In this document: piece by piece, positions 37,117 through 48,970 of the stretch | How positions within the stretch are numbered: position 1 is the stretch's first letter | Layout: every line of letters starts with the position of its first letter | DNA from: Octopus bimaculoides | Lineage: Eukaryota | Direction: 5' to 3' | DNA: 51,313 nucleotides | Assembly (NCBI RefSeq): GCF_001194135.2 | Contig: NC_068981.1 | Coordinates: forward strand, 133,729,908 to 133,781,220 | The notes under the pieces: model-generated | What the model saw: only the letters and a program-made list of their open reading frames with translations | Database searches by the model: none | What the model was told of the DNA's origin: nothing | Made by a program: the position numbers and the translations under genes

Positions 37117-39589
37117 AAAGAAGAGGTAGGTGGTGGGGGTTCAAAACAAAATCCCTAATTTTTTTTTTTTGTGGGAAGTTGATACTCATCAGTTTGTGAA
37201 CTACTGGCTTAATTTACTTGAAATTTGGACTAGATCTCCTTGAAATCAATCTCCGCCATCTTGAAAAGGGGAGGACATACAGTAAATAATGTAGTTCTAG
37301 CTATCCCCAAAAATACGGGATGGTCAAGATGGGACTGTCTTTGATCATAGGTCCCTCCTGATCAGGGATGACCAGGAGTTGAATAACAAAATATATGAAA
37401 TAATTAAAATGTTTCTAAACAGTTGGTTCTACTTGCTAGAAATAGCAACCAAATCACTCTCAAGTCACACTAACTTTCAATGGAAAGATAGTTTGTAATT
37501 TAATCCAAGGCATTGCTAAATGATGGATGGTTCATAGAAAGCTTTTGATTCATCAAGTTTGACTCAGGGCTAAAGAACAACATCCGTAACTCATAGAATA
37601 CAAGATAGTTATTGAAGCTACTGCGTAGTTTGTAGTCCTGCTAGAAATAGATGTTACATATTAAATTTCGCCCTATCGGTTTGAAATTGGAGTTGGTTTA
37701 TGGCTAAAGCAAAGAAGTTATTGACAAGCTTGGAAAGCTTTAATAACAAGTCTGATTGATTACCGCCGCAACGGGGCTTAACGACTTACTGAGCAACAAA
37801 TAATGAATACCTTTCACTGGGGTGTACGAAAATATTGAAAATACGTTCAATACTTTATACTGTACCTCTATACTGTACTAAATATAAATACCAAGTCTGG
37901 TTTACTAAATTATTTCATGTCATCCATTTTTTACCTTTTGCTATAAATATTCTTTATTTCAGGAATAACATATAAAGCTACAAAACAAAAACAATAATAC
38001 TCAGTTTGCACAGAAATGTTTGCCAACATTTTCCAATCTCATTAAATGTAATAAATCTAAGTATTCAAACGTTGAGTTTTATTAATTTTCCTTCTGGTTT
38101 GTTTGACTAGAACTGATAAATATTTCTTTATAACTCTCACGCAAGATGTCGATAACCTGTTTCTTGCTTACAGCGTTCTTCAAGTATATTATTGCCAGAC
38201 AGAATGCTTTTGCGAGTGTTTGTTTGACATTGTAGTTTTATTGTCAGATTCCAACACTCTAACGCGCCCAAATTAACTTACATTTTTCATTTGCCTGCAA
38301 ATTTTCCTGTATCGACTGCTTGAGGTTCGAATTTCGTATTGAAATTTATAACAGTAATGGAACAGCAAGTTGTTATTTACCAGAAAAATGCAATAAAATT
38401 ATTTAGCTAAATAGTAGCTGATCTGGCGCTAGAATTTTTAAGTTTTTGTAATATTTTTACACGGACTTTCCATTTTTCTTTAATAACATTTACATTGTTG
38501 GTATTTCAGGAACACCATCAACATTATTGAATAAAAAGAAAGCAACAAATCTTTCTGAAAAGTAGTAACAAGTGTTGTCTAATTTAGCAGTGTAGCCATT
38601 TAGTCTGTCGACATGTTTCAGTAGAACATTCTGAACCTTTCTCTGCAACCATTTTTATCCTTAGTATGCTTTGCTTTTTTTCATCAAATAATGGTCATTT
38701 GATTTATCAATGTTCATACTTAGACATTTGAATCTAGAATTTCATAACAGAATACATTAAACGAACACATTTCTCCAAAATAGGTTTCATGTTGTTTTTT
38801 TTTTGTTTTTTTTCATAAAAATTTCCACAAAACTACTATTTCAATAGTGAGTATATATTCTTCTTTTCGTCAATCTACAAGTCAGAGGGAATCTCTATGT
38901 GGCGGAGGCTGCATCTGTCAGAAACGAATTCAAACAATACTATTGTCTTAAAAGAGAACGGAAGACCGGAGAATGTCAGTCATGAATATATGACTAGAGG
39001 AAAAATAGACAGGATAGCCACGATTGGGTCTCTTGTAAGCATAAGTCTGCTGGGTCAGAGCTAGCATCGGATTAAACAACCAAAGACAGAAACTATATTG
39101 AGAGTTGTGAAAATAAACTCTTTACTGTCTAATGTAGTCATTTCCTGAAGGCTCTAATACTTATTTTGTCCTTTATCAGATGAAATTAATAATTGTTTCG
39201 TCACAGATAAAAATTTACGATGATCTTCATAGATGATCTTAATTACTTCTACAAGATGCAAAGTAAGACTAATAAAATTTGTAAGAATAATCGCGCTGCT
39301 GCACAAATTAGTAAGACTTCAATTCGATTTTATCAAATGTTTATTCCATAAAGTTAAATTTCTTTCAAATTACCTCATTCTATTATTTTCCTCCAACACA
39401 TAACACTAATGAAACGGTCTCTCGCTTCAGTTCATATTGATGATGACAGTAAGAACGTTAGAGAAAGCTTCGGCTCAACTATTCTTACAAACTCAACAAA
39501 TCCTGTTAGCAAACAACAATTAATTGGTGTGAAGTTAAAATAAATCAATGAGATAATCATATCATTTATAAATAACAGTGAACCATCTA

Positions 39590-39880
39590 TATAAGATCAA
39601 AGAGGAGAATCATGGACACATTCCACCCATCTCTACGACTGTCGCTCCACGCACGATTGGCTTTGCTGGTCACTGCTGTCGTAGTGAGGAACAGGTCGTA
39701 TGAGATATAATTTGGAGATTTCCGCTGCCTAATAAAGGGTGACGACCAGTTAATACTTTGATGTTATTATCGGAGACGTATGGTATGAAACGGAGGATCT
39801 ATCAGAGAGGAACAGAGATCTCTGATGTTGCGTGGGAAAGTGCATTTCAGTTTGAGCCACTTGAAGAAAAAAAGATTCGT
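39590..39880 (+). pseudogene. RTE-group LINE 3' coding fragment (same type as 14150-14850)
   Basis: KEENHGHIPPISTTVAPRTIGFAGHCCRSEEQVV*DIIWRFPLPNKG*RP. Confidence 0.75.
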
Positions 39881-40248
39881 CTACAAACCAACGAAGGAGC
39901 TTCTGAGCTTATCTCCCTTCAATCATACCTTAGAAAGTTACATAGGGAATGGTACATTGAATAAAATAATCTTACACAGCACTAAAAATACTGGATGATC
40001 ATGGCTGGAATGCTTTTGACCATAGATCTGCTAATTCAAGATCCAACTAGATCTCAACAACTACTGATTCATCTTCCTGTTTTCTATACTGTAGTTTGTA
40101 TTAGAAATTAATATTTCTTTTGCCTATAACTTTCACCTATAACTTTCACTCAGAAATATTCCTTGTAAAAATTAGCGTGTATAACGGTCGGTAATAACCT
40201 ATTTATACATTTTATACAAGATCTCGTTAAAGAGTGGATGAAATGACT

Positions 40249-40602
40249 GGGCGCAGGCTTGGCTATGTGGTAAGAAGCTTGCTTCCCAATCACATGGCTC
40301 CGGGTTCAGTTCCACTGCGTGGCACCTTGGGCAAGTGTCTTCGGCTATAACCTCGGGCCGTCATGTGTGTTTGTGTTTGTTTATGTGTGTGTTTGTAAGC
40401 TTGTCCTCTCACCATCGCTTGACAACCGATGCTGGTGTGTTTACGTCCCCGTAACTTAGCGGTTCGGCAAAAGAGACCTCTAGAATAAGTACTAGGCTTA
40501 CAAAGAATAAGTCCTGGGGTCGATTTGTTCGACTAAGAATAAGTCCTGGGGTCGATTTATTCCAGTATAGCCGCAGTCAGAAGACTGAAACAAATAAAAG
40601 AA
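40249..40602 (+). mobile_element. SINE family B, full length, with an internal duplication of AAGAATAAGTCCTGGGGTCGATTT
   Basis: Head GGCGCAGGCTTGGCTATGTGGTAAGAAG, B-box-like GGGTTCAGTTCC and tail. Confidence 0.92.
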
Positions 40603-40810
40603 TACTTGATTCAGAGGTCAACCAAATACTTCTACACGCAACATTATTCATCACTCAGACATCCGTAAGTAATGTGGTATGAGTTTAGTTCCCAGCTAGA
40701 GAAATACTTATGCTATTACCTGTCAAAATACAAAAGATGCACCAATTCTTTCGTCCATCTATAACCAATTTTGCTCGTTAACTACAATAGAGTAAGTAAT
40801 TAATCGTAAA

Positions 40811-40928
40811 GGTACTAGGCTTCCAAAGAATAAGTCCTGGGGTCGATTTGCTCGACTAAAGGCGGTGCTCCAGCATTGCCGCAGTCAAATGACTGAGACA
40901 AGTAAAAGAGTAAGAATAAAATAAAGAG
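40811..40928 (+). mobile_element. SINE family B 3' fragment
   Basis: GTACTAGGCTT...GGCGGTGCTCCAGCATTGCCGCAGTCAAATGACTGAGACAAGTAAAAGAG. Confidence 0.9.
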
Positions 40929-41365
40929 TATACTTTGCAATTCATTCTTCCGAGATCGGTAAGATGAAGTTCAAATATCAAGTACTGGCGACGATTTGAT
41001 CAGTTACACCTATTCCCAAAATTTGAAGCTCTGTGTCTGTATTAGAAATCTATTATAAAATATTTGATGCATTTTGATTGTTTTTGTAATCTATCCGTGT
41101 CACAATCTTTACCAAAGTCAACTTAATCTACTTTCTTTCTTATTTAGTTACATAAAAACTTTGTTTCATTATTTGGGTCTATTCCAATAAACGACCTAAT
41201 TACAAAAGTACTGCTGGAGAACTGAGACAAGTCACCATAATTCCACTACCCATTCTGTATCATCCAGAGTGATTGTTATTGCTGTTATTTAACCCCAGGT
41301 CAACTTGATCAAAGATGCTCCCATTTTGCTACAACCTGCCTCTTTTTGGGTGTTTATAGATGCAC

Positions 41366-41436
41366 GGGCCTATAGCGTAGTGGTTAAGAGCGCGGGCTAC
41401 TAACCCCAAGATTCCGAGTTTGATTCCAGACAGTAA

Positions 41437-41468
<32 letters not shown>

Positions 41469-41608
41469 GCATCGAAAAATACCTTAGGAATTCGAACCCA
41501 GGTTTGAAATTTCTCCAAGACACCTGATGACGGCTGGAGAGTATATCAGCCGAAACGTGTGTTAACAACAAACAAGATGAGGACAAATATCCGTCAAATG
41601 TAAATAAT
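41366..41608 (+). mobile_element. tRNA-headed SINE-like element with an (AAT)n spacer and a hammerhead-like 3' module
   Basis: A box TAGCGTAGTGG, decayed B box GTTTGATTCC and anticodon-like loop CTACTAA, then GACAC-CTGATGA-C-GGCTG-loop-CAGCC-GAAAC-GT-GTGTT at 41519-41563. Confidence 0.8.
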
Positions 41609-42084
41609 GCACTTTATCTTTTGCTTTCTTTTTTAACACGATGAGTGAGATTTGAGAGAGATTGAACTGCTATTTTATCAAGCGAGCACATAAGCATTCC
41701 TTCCCCTCTAGTGTCACTCTACTGTGGACTATGGTGCAGTATCGAGACACATTAATAATAGGGTAGTATTCAGTAATGTTAGATAACCAGTCAAATGTCT
41801 AGTATTTATTTTACGTCCTGGTCTCCAATTCTATTTAGACTGAATTTACTTTTTATCCACTTCGAAATCTCGTTAAATTAATACAAGAATATTTATATAA
41901 TATATTCATTTTATATTATATATTTACATTTAGAATGATAAACAGCAGAAATGCGTCAATTTTACAAATGATTCATATTTAATTGTTTTTGACAGCTGTT
42001 TCAGTGAAATAAAAACATCTCCATCTATGTAATTACGTAATTAACATGCATTATTAATTTAAATGTGACAGGCTACCAATATTT

Positions 42085-42165
42085 CTCTCCTGATGAGAAA
42101 GGTAACAAGTTGCATTATGTAATATTATAAATGACGTTTTTATTCCATTGAAACAGCTATCGAAA
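42085..42165 (+). ncRNA. Degenerate minimal hammerhead
   Basis: CTCTC-CTGATGA-G-AAAGG...CCATT-GAAAC-AGCT-ATC-GAAA. Palindromic AGCT loop, but G16.2 is changed to A and the stems are weak. Confidence 0.55.
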
Positions 42166-42614
42166 ACAAATTACGAATATGTAGTATATATGCATTTCTG
42201 TTGTTTACTATTCTAAATACGTTGCTCTCAGTTAACGGTTTAACCGGTTCTGTATATACATGCAAGTTTATTGCATCGATATTTATTGCATTGTAATAAT
42301 GTATTAGAGTTTAATAAGCGAACTCTTAAATATCGTGGATATATTTTTATGATGTTTACACATCAACTCCGTATATAGATATATAGCATTTATATAAATG
42401 TATAAACTATACAGCTTTATATATATCTTGTCTCCCTTGTCAGTCGTTAGAAAAGTGCTTTCATGTGGCTAAGAGTTGTTTTGACTCTTATTTCTAGCAA
42501 TGCTGGTGGTGACTAACACCCTCCGTCGCTTTAATGACGATTATACTTGTTACCTTTCGGTTGTAAATTGCAAATAGCCACCTTAATAATTTATATATAT
42601 AAATTTTAAATCTT

Positions 42615-43349
42615 TAAATTGATTCAGAGTTAAAGCTGCGATCATGCTGGAGCACCACCGCTGACTGTGTAACACCATTATTTGAAACTTCCTCTGATAT
42701 GTGGCATTTGGTGAATGAAGGAGTTTCATGTTGCTACCCTGATCTGTGTTTCCTGCCGTGAGGTAGGCTCATTTGGAACCCTTGCCAGCAGAAGCTCCAG
42801 TTTTGTTTTGAAGACACTTACATCCACACCATGCAGGTTTCTCAGGCATTTTGGAACGATATTGAAAGCAGTCGGCCCTTGAAACCCAGGCTGTTGCAGT
42901 ATCTGGCCCTCTGTTTTGATGGAGACGCTGGAATTTTGGCACTGTGCAGTGGTACCCCGTTATGCTGTTTATGTAACTTTCAATGCCAAAGTTTGGCACA
43001 AGGACTTCCAGGATTTTTTCCAGATGTAATCACTGCATATCTTTCCCACCTTCGTTCTAGGAAGAAGAGTTTTAATTCTTTCTGTTTTTCCCAGTAGTTG
43101 ATATGTTACATTGAGACGATTTTCTTTGTGTAGCTTCGTCGGATTGCTTCTAGTTCCGATGTTAATTTTATATTGTGTGGTGACCATAGTTGGGAGCAGC
43201 AGTCCAAGCGACTGAAGACGTATGCCCTCCAAAGGACTATTATTGTCTCCTTTTGTTTTGAAAGTTTGGAGGATCCACTCAGCTAGCCGTCTGCATTTTA
43301 TTACCAATATGCATTTGGAAAGATGCATCATTGCTCATGTCAATGCCCA
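42615..43349 (-). mobile_element. CR1/L2-group LINE, 5'-truncated 3' end
   Basis: GIDMSNDASF..KCRRLAEWILQTFKT..SRLDCCSQLWSPH..ELEAIRRSYTKKI..LERRWERYAVI..RYCNSLGFKG..FNIVPKCLRNLHGVDVSVFKTKLELLLARVPNEP, with frameshifts. Confidence 0.9.
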
Positions 43350-43676
43350 TAAGAACTAATTTTGCCTGTACATCGGAGAACTTGATTTACTTAATTACAT
43401 GCTCGGAATGCAAACGGCAATATATTGGACACACCAAAAACAGTATACGTCAGAGGATGGCGGTGCACAAATCTCAAATTAGGATTCCGGAATACAGGAA
43501 AAATACCTCTCAGCCTGCACATCGATGAATGTGCATCCAACAAATTTCTCAAATTCACAACGTTTCCATTGTACAAATTCAAAGACAATGCTAACCAGAA
43601 TGAACGCATTAGCAAGGAAATGCATTTCATAAGGAAGTACCGACCGAGTCTAAGTTCTTTAAACTCGCAACACTGA
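43350..43676 (+). pseudogene. Penelope-like GIY-YIG endonuclease (Neptune-like), 5'-truncated, one frameshift
   Basis: FACTSENLIYLITCSECKRQYIGHTKNSIRQRMAVH / PLSLHIDEC...ERISKEMHFIRKYRPSL. Confidence 0.92.
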
Positions 43677-43829
43677 GACTTTTTTTATATATATGTATGT
43701 GAATGCATATGTATGTGAATGCATATGTATGTGAATGCATATGTATGTGTGTATGCGTATGTATGAATGTGTTAGCGTCTTATGAAGCTAAATTCATAAG
43801 TTCTAAAATTGCAGAAGAATGCGTTGCTG

Positions 43830-43901
43830 GGCAGTTTGGTTTAATGGTAAAACGCTTGACATGTAATCACAGAGATGTGAGTTCGAGTCTCATGGCTGGC
43901 C
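43830..43901 (+). pseudogene. tRNA-Thr(TGT)-like cloverleaf (tRNA pseudogene or SINE head)
   Basis: Canonical spacing: acceptor GGCAGTT/GGCTGGC, D arm GTTT-AATGGTA-AAAC, anticodon loop CATGTAA (U33 mutated; 3 of 5 stem pairs), T arm GTGAG-TTCGAGT-CTCAT. Confidence 0.75.
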
Positions 43902-43992
43902 GGCAACGTATTTTTCTGCATTATATGGATAATTTATCCTGATCACGCTATTTATAGCATTATCACGCGTTTAAGAAATAAATTTATTTCTA

Positions 43993-44027
<35 letters not shown>

Positions 44028-45004
44028 GAGTGTGTGTATGTATCTGTGTATATATACATATATGTATATGGGTGAATGTGTATATATACATATGTGTGTG
44101 CTGTATATATATGGATGCATGGATATGCAAGTTATTCATAAGAAATAAAGACAAGGGGTCGAAAAACTCGATTCCTATTAAAACCCCGGGGGAAACAAGT
44201 TCACAACGACGACTGCTATTATTATTACTGCTGCTAGTTATTCGACTGTTACAGGCACTCCTGTAGAAAACAAGTCTTGACCACACTAATTTACCAAAAC
44301 AAAGAGATAGTCGTAATTTGCGGTCACAGACAGTTCAACTTGTCATGCCACGAAAATTAACGAAAATTACCACGTGCACTTGCAGAAAAAAGGAAAGTAA
44401 ACTATGAATGTTAATTTAAATTTTAATTATATTTTATCAATAGCTCTTTTTTCTCCCTACATATTCCATCTTAGTACATATTTTCGATATGGTTTTTCAA
44501 AAACCGAAACATGTAAAACAAAACCAAAACATTCTTCTTTTAATGTATTCACTTAAAGGAAAATTAAAATGTACCCAATTTTAAGAAAGTAGCATTCTCG
44601 TTCTTCTTTTCCATATACATNNNNNNNNNNNNNNNNNNNNNNNNNNNNNNNNNNNNNNNNNNNNNNNNNNNNNNNNNNNNNNNNNNNNNNNNNNNNNNNN
44701 NNNNNNNNNNNNNNNNNNNNNNNNNNNNNNNNNNNNNNNNNNNNNNNNNNNNNNNNNNNNNNNNNNNNNNNNNNNNNNNNNNNNNNNNNNNNNNNNNNNN
44801 NNNNNNNNNNNNNNNNNNNNNNNNNNNNNNNNNNNNNNNNNNNNNNNNNNNNNNNNNNNNNNNNNNNNNNNNNNNNNNNNNNNNNNNNNNNNNNNNNNNN
44901 NNNNNNNNNNNNNNNNNNNNNNNNNNNNNNNNNNNNNNNNNNNNNNNNNNNNNGTGTGTGTGTGTGTGATATTTATATATGTATATATATGAATGTATAT
45001 ATTC

Positions 45005-45065
<61 letters not shown>

Positions 45066-45066
45066 A

Positions 45067-45121
<55 letters not shown>

Positions 45122-45297
45122 ATATATATGGCATATATATATAATATATTAATATAATGATATATACAGACATATATATACTTATATATGTAGACATATA
45201 TATATTAATATATATATATATACCCATTTGTATGTGTGTGTATATATATATGTATATATATGTGTGTGTATATATAAATGTATGTGTGTTTATGTGA

Positions 45298-45350
<53 letters not shown>

Positions 45351-46033
45351 TATGCGTTAGACATAACCTGAAATTACGTATATTTATATACATTCCAACA
45401 TTATTCTTATTTACAGATATTCCTAATTTGTATCTTACATTTATACATATCCCAAATGTTTACATATTTACTTGCACATATACTGAATTTATGTACATCT
45501 ATTAATATTCCAAAGAAATACATATTTATCCATATTGCGAATATATCGTTATACATAATTTGACGGCGGTAATGGAAGGTGGTTTTTCTCTGTCTGTAAT
45601 AATGGTAAGAAATGTTCTGTTCCTCAACGTCAAATATCTAATTTTCTCAAATGCATGTTGATGAAATTAAACTTGTTTATTTTATAACAGGATTTTTCTT
45701 TATAACTTCTGATAACTTTATCTATCCAACTTTTAACCTCACTCGCTCTCTCTCTCTTTTTTCTCTTTCTCTTCAAATCTTTTTTTTTTCTTCTCTCTAT
45801 CCCTCTATACTTTCCTTTCGCTCCCACACTTTCTCTCTATTACTTATTATTATTAAGTCTGCTGAATTCCAAATTTAGTTTCTATTCTACACTAACGCCT
45901 GCGAACTTCAGTCCAATTTAATTTGAGAACCAGTTTCTACAAGCACGCAAGCCTTTAGGAGAAATTAGGCTTAACCCGAAACCTCCCGGTTGCAAAGCAA
46001 ACTACCTAACAACACAACTATGTAGGTCTGGGC

Positions 46034-46087
<54 letters not shown>

Positions 46088-47648
46088 GTGNNNNNNNNNN
46101 NNNNNNNNNNNNNNNNNNNNNNNNNNNNNNNNNNNNNNNNNNNNNNNNNNNNNNNNNNNNNNNNNNNNNNNNNNNNNNNNNNNNNNNNNNNNNNNNNNNN
46201 NNNNNNNNNNNNNNNNNNNNNNNNNNNNNNNNNNNNNNNNNNNNNNNNNNNNNNNNNNNNNNNNNNNNNNNNNNNNNNNNNNNNNNNNNNNNNNNNNNNN
46301 NNNNNNNNNNNNNNNNNNNNNNNNNNNNNNNNNNNNNNNNNNNNNNNNNNNNNNNNNNNNNNNNNNNNNNNNNNNNNNNNNNNNNNNNNNNNNNNNNNNN
46401 NNNNNNNNNNNNNNNNNNNNNNNNNNNNNNNNNGTGTGTGTGTGTACAGAAGTAATGAAGAATTAGGTACTTAAGTTGAAAAACCAAGTCAGTCCGGTAT
46501 TATCCGCACAGCTCGAAGTAAGGTGAATAAAATCAAAATAAACAACAGGATTTCAAGAAGTGATGCAGTACAACTGTTTCAAGCGACTCATTACAACAAT
46601 GCAATCATTACATCAATTTAAATACAGCGCTATCTTCAGCCGCACAAAAAAAAATTATCTGGTTGGTGCGCCTCTCTTAAAGTGCCTTAATAGTGGAATC
46701 CCCGAATTGCATGGTGGTCTATATAGGGATGATGCTTTATTCATTATCCCTAACAACAATAAATCGGTCATAGAGAGAATGAGGAAAAAATTAGAAGATC
46801 CTTCAAAAGCTTCAACTTAGGACTCACTTTTGAACATGGCACAAAGGTGGCTAATTTCTTAGACACTACTTTAGGTATTAACTCAGGCTTATATTAACCC
46901 TATAGGAAACTGGGTGAAGTTACGAGGTATGTGAATAAAACCTCAAATCACACCACTAATATATCAAAATCAGTAATTAAGGATATTTCTAGAAGAATTA
47001 CGAAATTATCTGCTAATATAGACATTTTTAATACTCACTCCTACCACTATAACTTCGCCCTATCTAAGGTAGGATATAACTAAGAGATTACTTTCCTTAA
47101 TCCAAAAAGTATAACACCTACTGATTATATAAATAATGAGAATTTAAGTGAGAGAGAGAATAAAAGCCCACTTAGTCAGGAAAACACCTACTGTGAAAGC
47201 TTCCAACACACCTATTAGTTTTTAAAATAAGATAAGTAACAATAGGAAACTAGATTCTAAGATCAGTAAGATTAATAGTTTATATAATAATTGTAATGAG
47301 ACGATTAAGTGGATTATGCCATCCTCTAATGATAAGACAAATACCAATAGTATAGCCATACCTAATAATCAAGTCGTGAGTTTAGAAGGTGGAAGAAGAG
47401 TAGATAGATTCCGCCCTCATATACATAAAAAGAGTAGTATAGTCTGGTATAACATTCCATTCGACTGTGCTATATTCACCAGCATACATAAAAAAAAATT
47501 TAGATAAAAGCTTCCCTGCATCCTGTAGATATAATAGAATATTTTCCCGTAACACAATCAGAATCTCGTATTCTACCCTCCCCAATATAGGTACCATCAT
47601 AGCCAGGTTTAATAGAAAGAATATAAAATTAGCAAGAGGAATTTATAA

Positions 47649-48109
47649 TAACAAGAGCACTCAGTAATTGCAAACCTCCGCCAAGGCAACACCAACGTCC
47701 TCACAACGATTAGCCAGAGATGATTTTTAAAATGAGAATATCTGAAATAAACTCGACTGCTCTCACAAGCGAGAATACTAAAAATGAACCTCAATGAATC
47801 TCAAAAATTAGATGAAAAAATGAATCCAAAAATGAATCTCAAAAATTAGATGAAAAAAAAAACAAGAAAAATATCCAGAATCTTTGTCCGGTATCGGATC
47901 AATCCCAAAATCTAATCAGTTCGTGCCAGCCATCGATCCCAAAATCTAATCAGTTCGTGCCAGCCATCGATCCCAAAATCTAATCAGTTCGTGCCAAACA
48001 TCTCTGAAAGTTTCATCCGAATCCATCCAGCGGTTCTTGAGATATCTTGTCCACGGACAAGCAAAAACGACTGAAAACAATATCTCCGCCTTCGCTAAGG
48101 CGGAGGTAA
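47649..48109 (-). mobile_element. Non-autonomous Helentron/DINE-1-like element inserted in the PLE
   Basis: On minus: TT-ACCTCCGCC-TTAGCGAA-GGCGGAGAT hairpin at the 5' end, internal tandem repeats, a subterminal inverted GGCGGAGGT, a short terminal stem-loop remnant, then CTCTTGTT. No clear TSD beyond the AAT context. Confidence 0.7.
47902..47996. repeat. 34-bp tandem repeat x2.8
   Basis: ATCCCAAAATCTAATCAGTTCGTGCCAGCCATCG at 47902, 47936 and 47970 (partial). Confidence 0.95.
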
Positions 48110-48970
48110 TAATATTAGTATTGTCAATACTGGTTTAAACCCCTGTAATGACGATAATAATAATGGGGATGTAGGAATCAGGAACAGCAGAACTAATACA
48201 TCTAATATGCGTAATATAAACTGTATAAACTCCGATATTTATACTAACCCAGGTATTACTGACGCAGTACCTGATGATGCTGAGACGAATTCAAATGATA
48301 CTATAGTTGAAGGAAGTATAAATAATAACAGTAATAATAATGCCGATAATAATTGTAGTAGTAGTAATAATAATATTGATAATAATAATAACAATGATAA
48401 GAATATCAATGGTATTAATAGTAATAATGCTCCCTGTTGCAATTGTAAAGTTAAATCTCATTGCCCGTTAATAGGTCGATGTTTAATCAAAACGTAGTTT
48501 ATAGATGTACAATTGTAACTGAAGCTGGTAATTATATATATATTGGATGTTCGATAAATATGAAAAAACATATTAATAACCATTTTTCATCGTTTAAACT
48601 TAGACATAAAGCTAATAGTACGAGTTTATCTAGTAAGATCTGGGAACTTAAAGAAAACGGGATCGGATTTAGCCTTAAATGGGATATAATACGGAGGGCG
48701 CAGCCTAATAGAGATAGCCGATATGGGTGTGAGCTTTGCTCTATGGAAATTTATGAGATGTTTAAATACAGAGACAAGAACAACCTGATTAATAATAGAT
48801 TAGACCTAAGGGTGTCATGCATGCATAGCATCATCCGCGCATTTAAGTATTTTCGAAACTAATAATATTACATTTATCATACTTGGAATTTGAGAGTAGA
48901 AATTAACTTTGGTGTCGTATCCATTATAACTTACCCTCTAGTATAAAATATAGGATATTATGTTATATGC

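Larger units (their letters stand above)
46650..48865 (+). mobile_element. Penelope-like element (RT plus C-terminal GIY-YIG), pseudogenised and interrupted
   Basis: GLYRDDAL..ERMRKK / ANFLDTTL..PYRK..SNH / IVWYNIPF / FSRNTIRISYSTLPNI / CNCKVKSHCPLIGRCL / VVYRC..YIGCS..NNHFSSF..LSSKIWELK..KWDII..CELCSME..SCMH. Confidence 0.93.

Noticed and set aside
37165-37185. CTGATGA on the minus strand (similar isolated hits at ~14175 and ~49143)
   Set aside because: No paired stem II with GAAA downstream.
37930-38760. AT-rich stretch suspected to be a DNA-transposon relic
   Set aside because: No transposase motif could be read convincingly in any frame.
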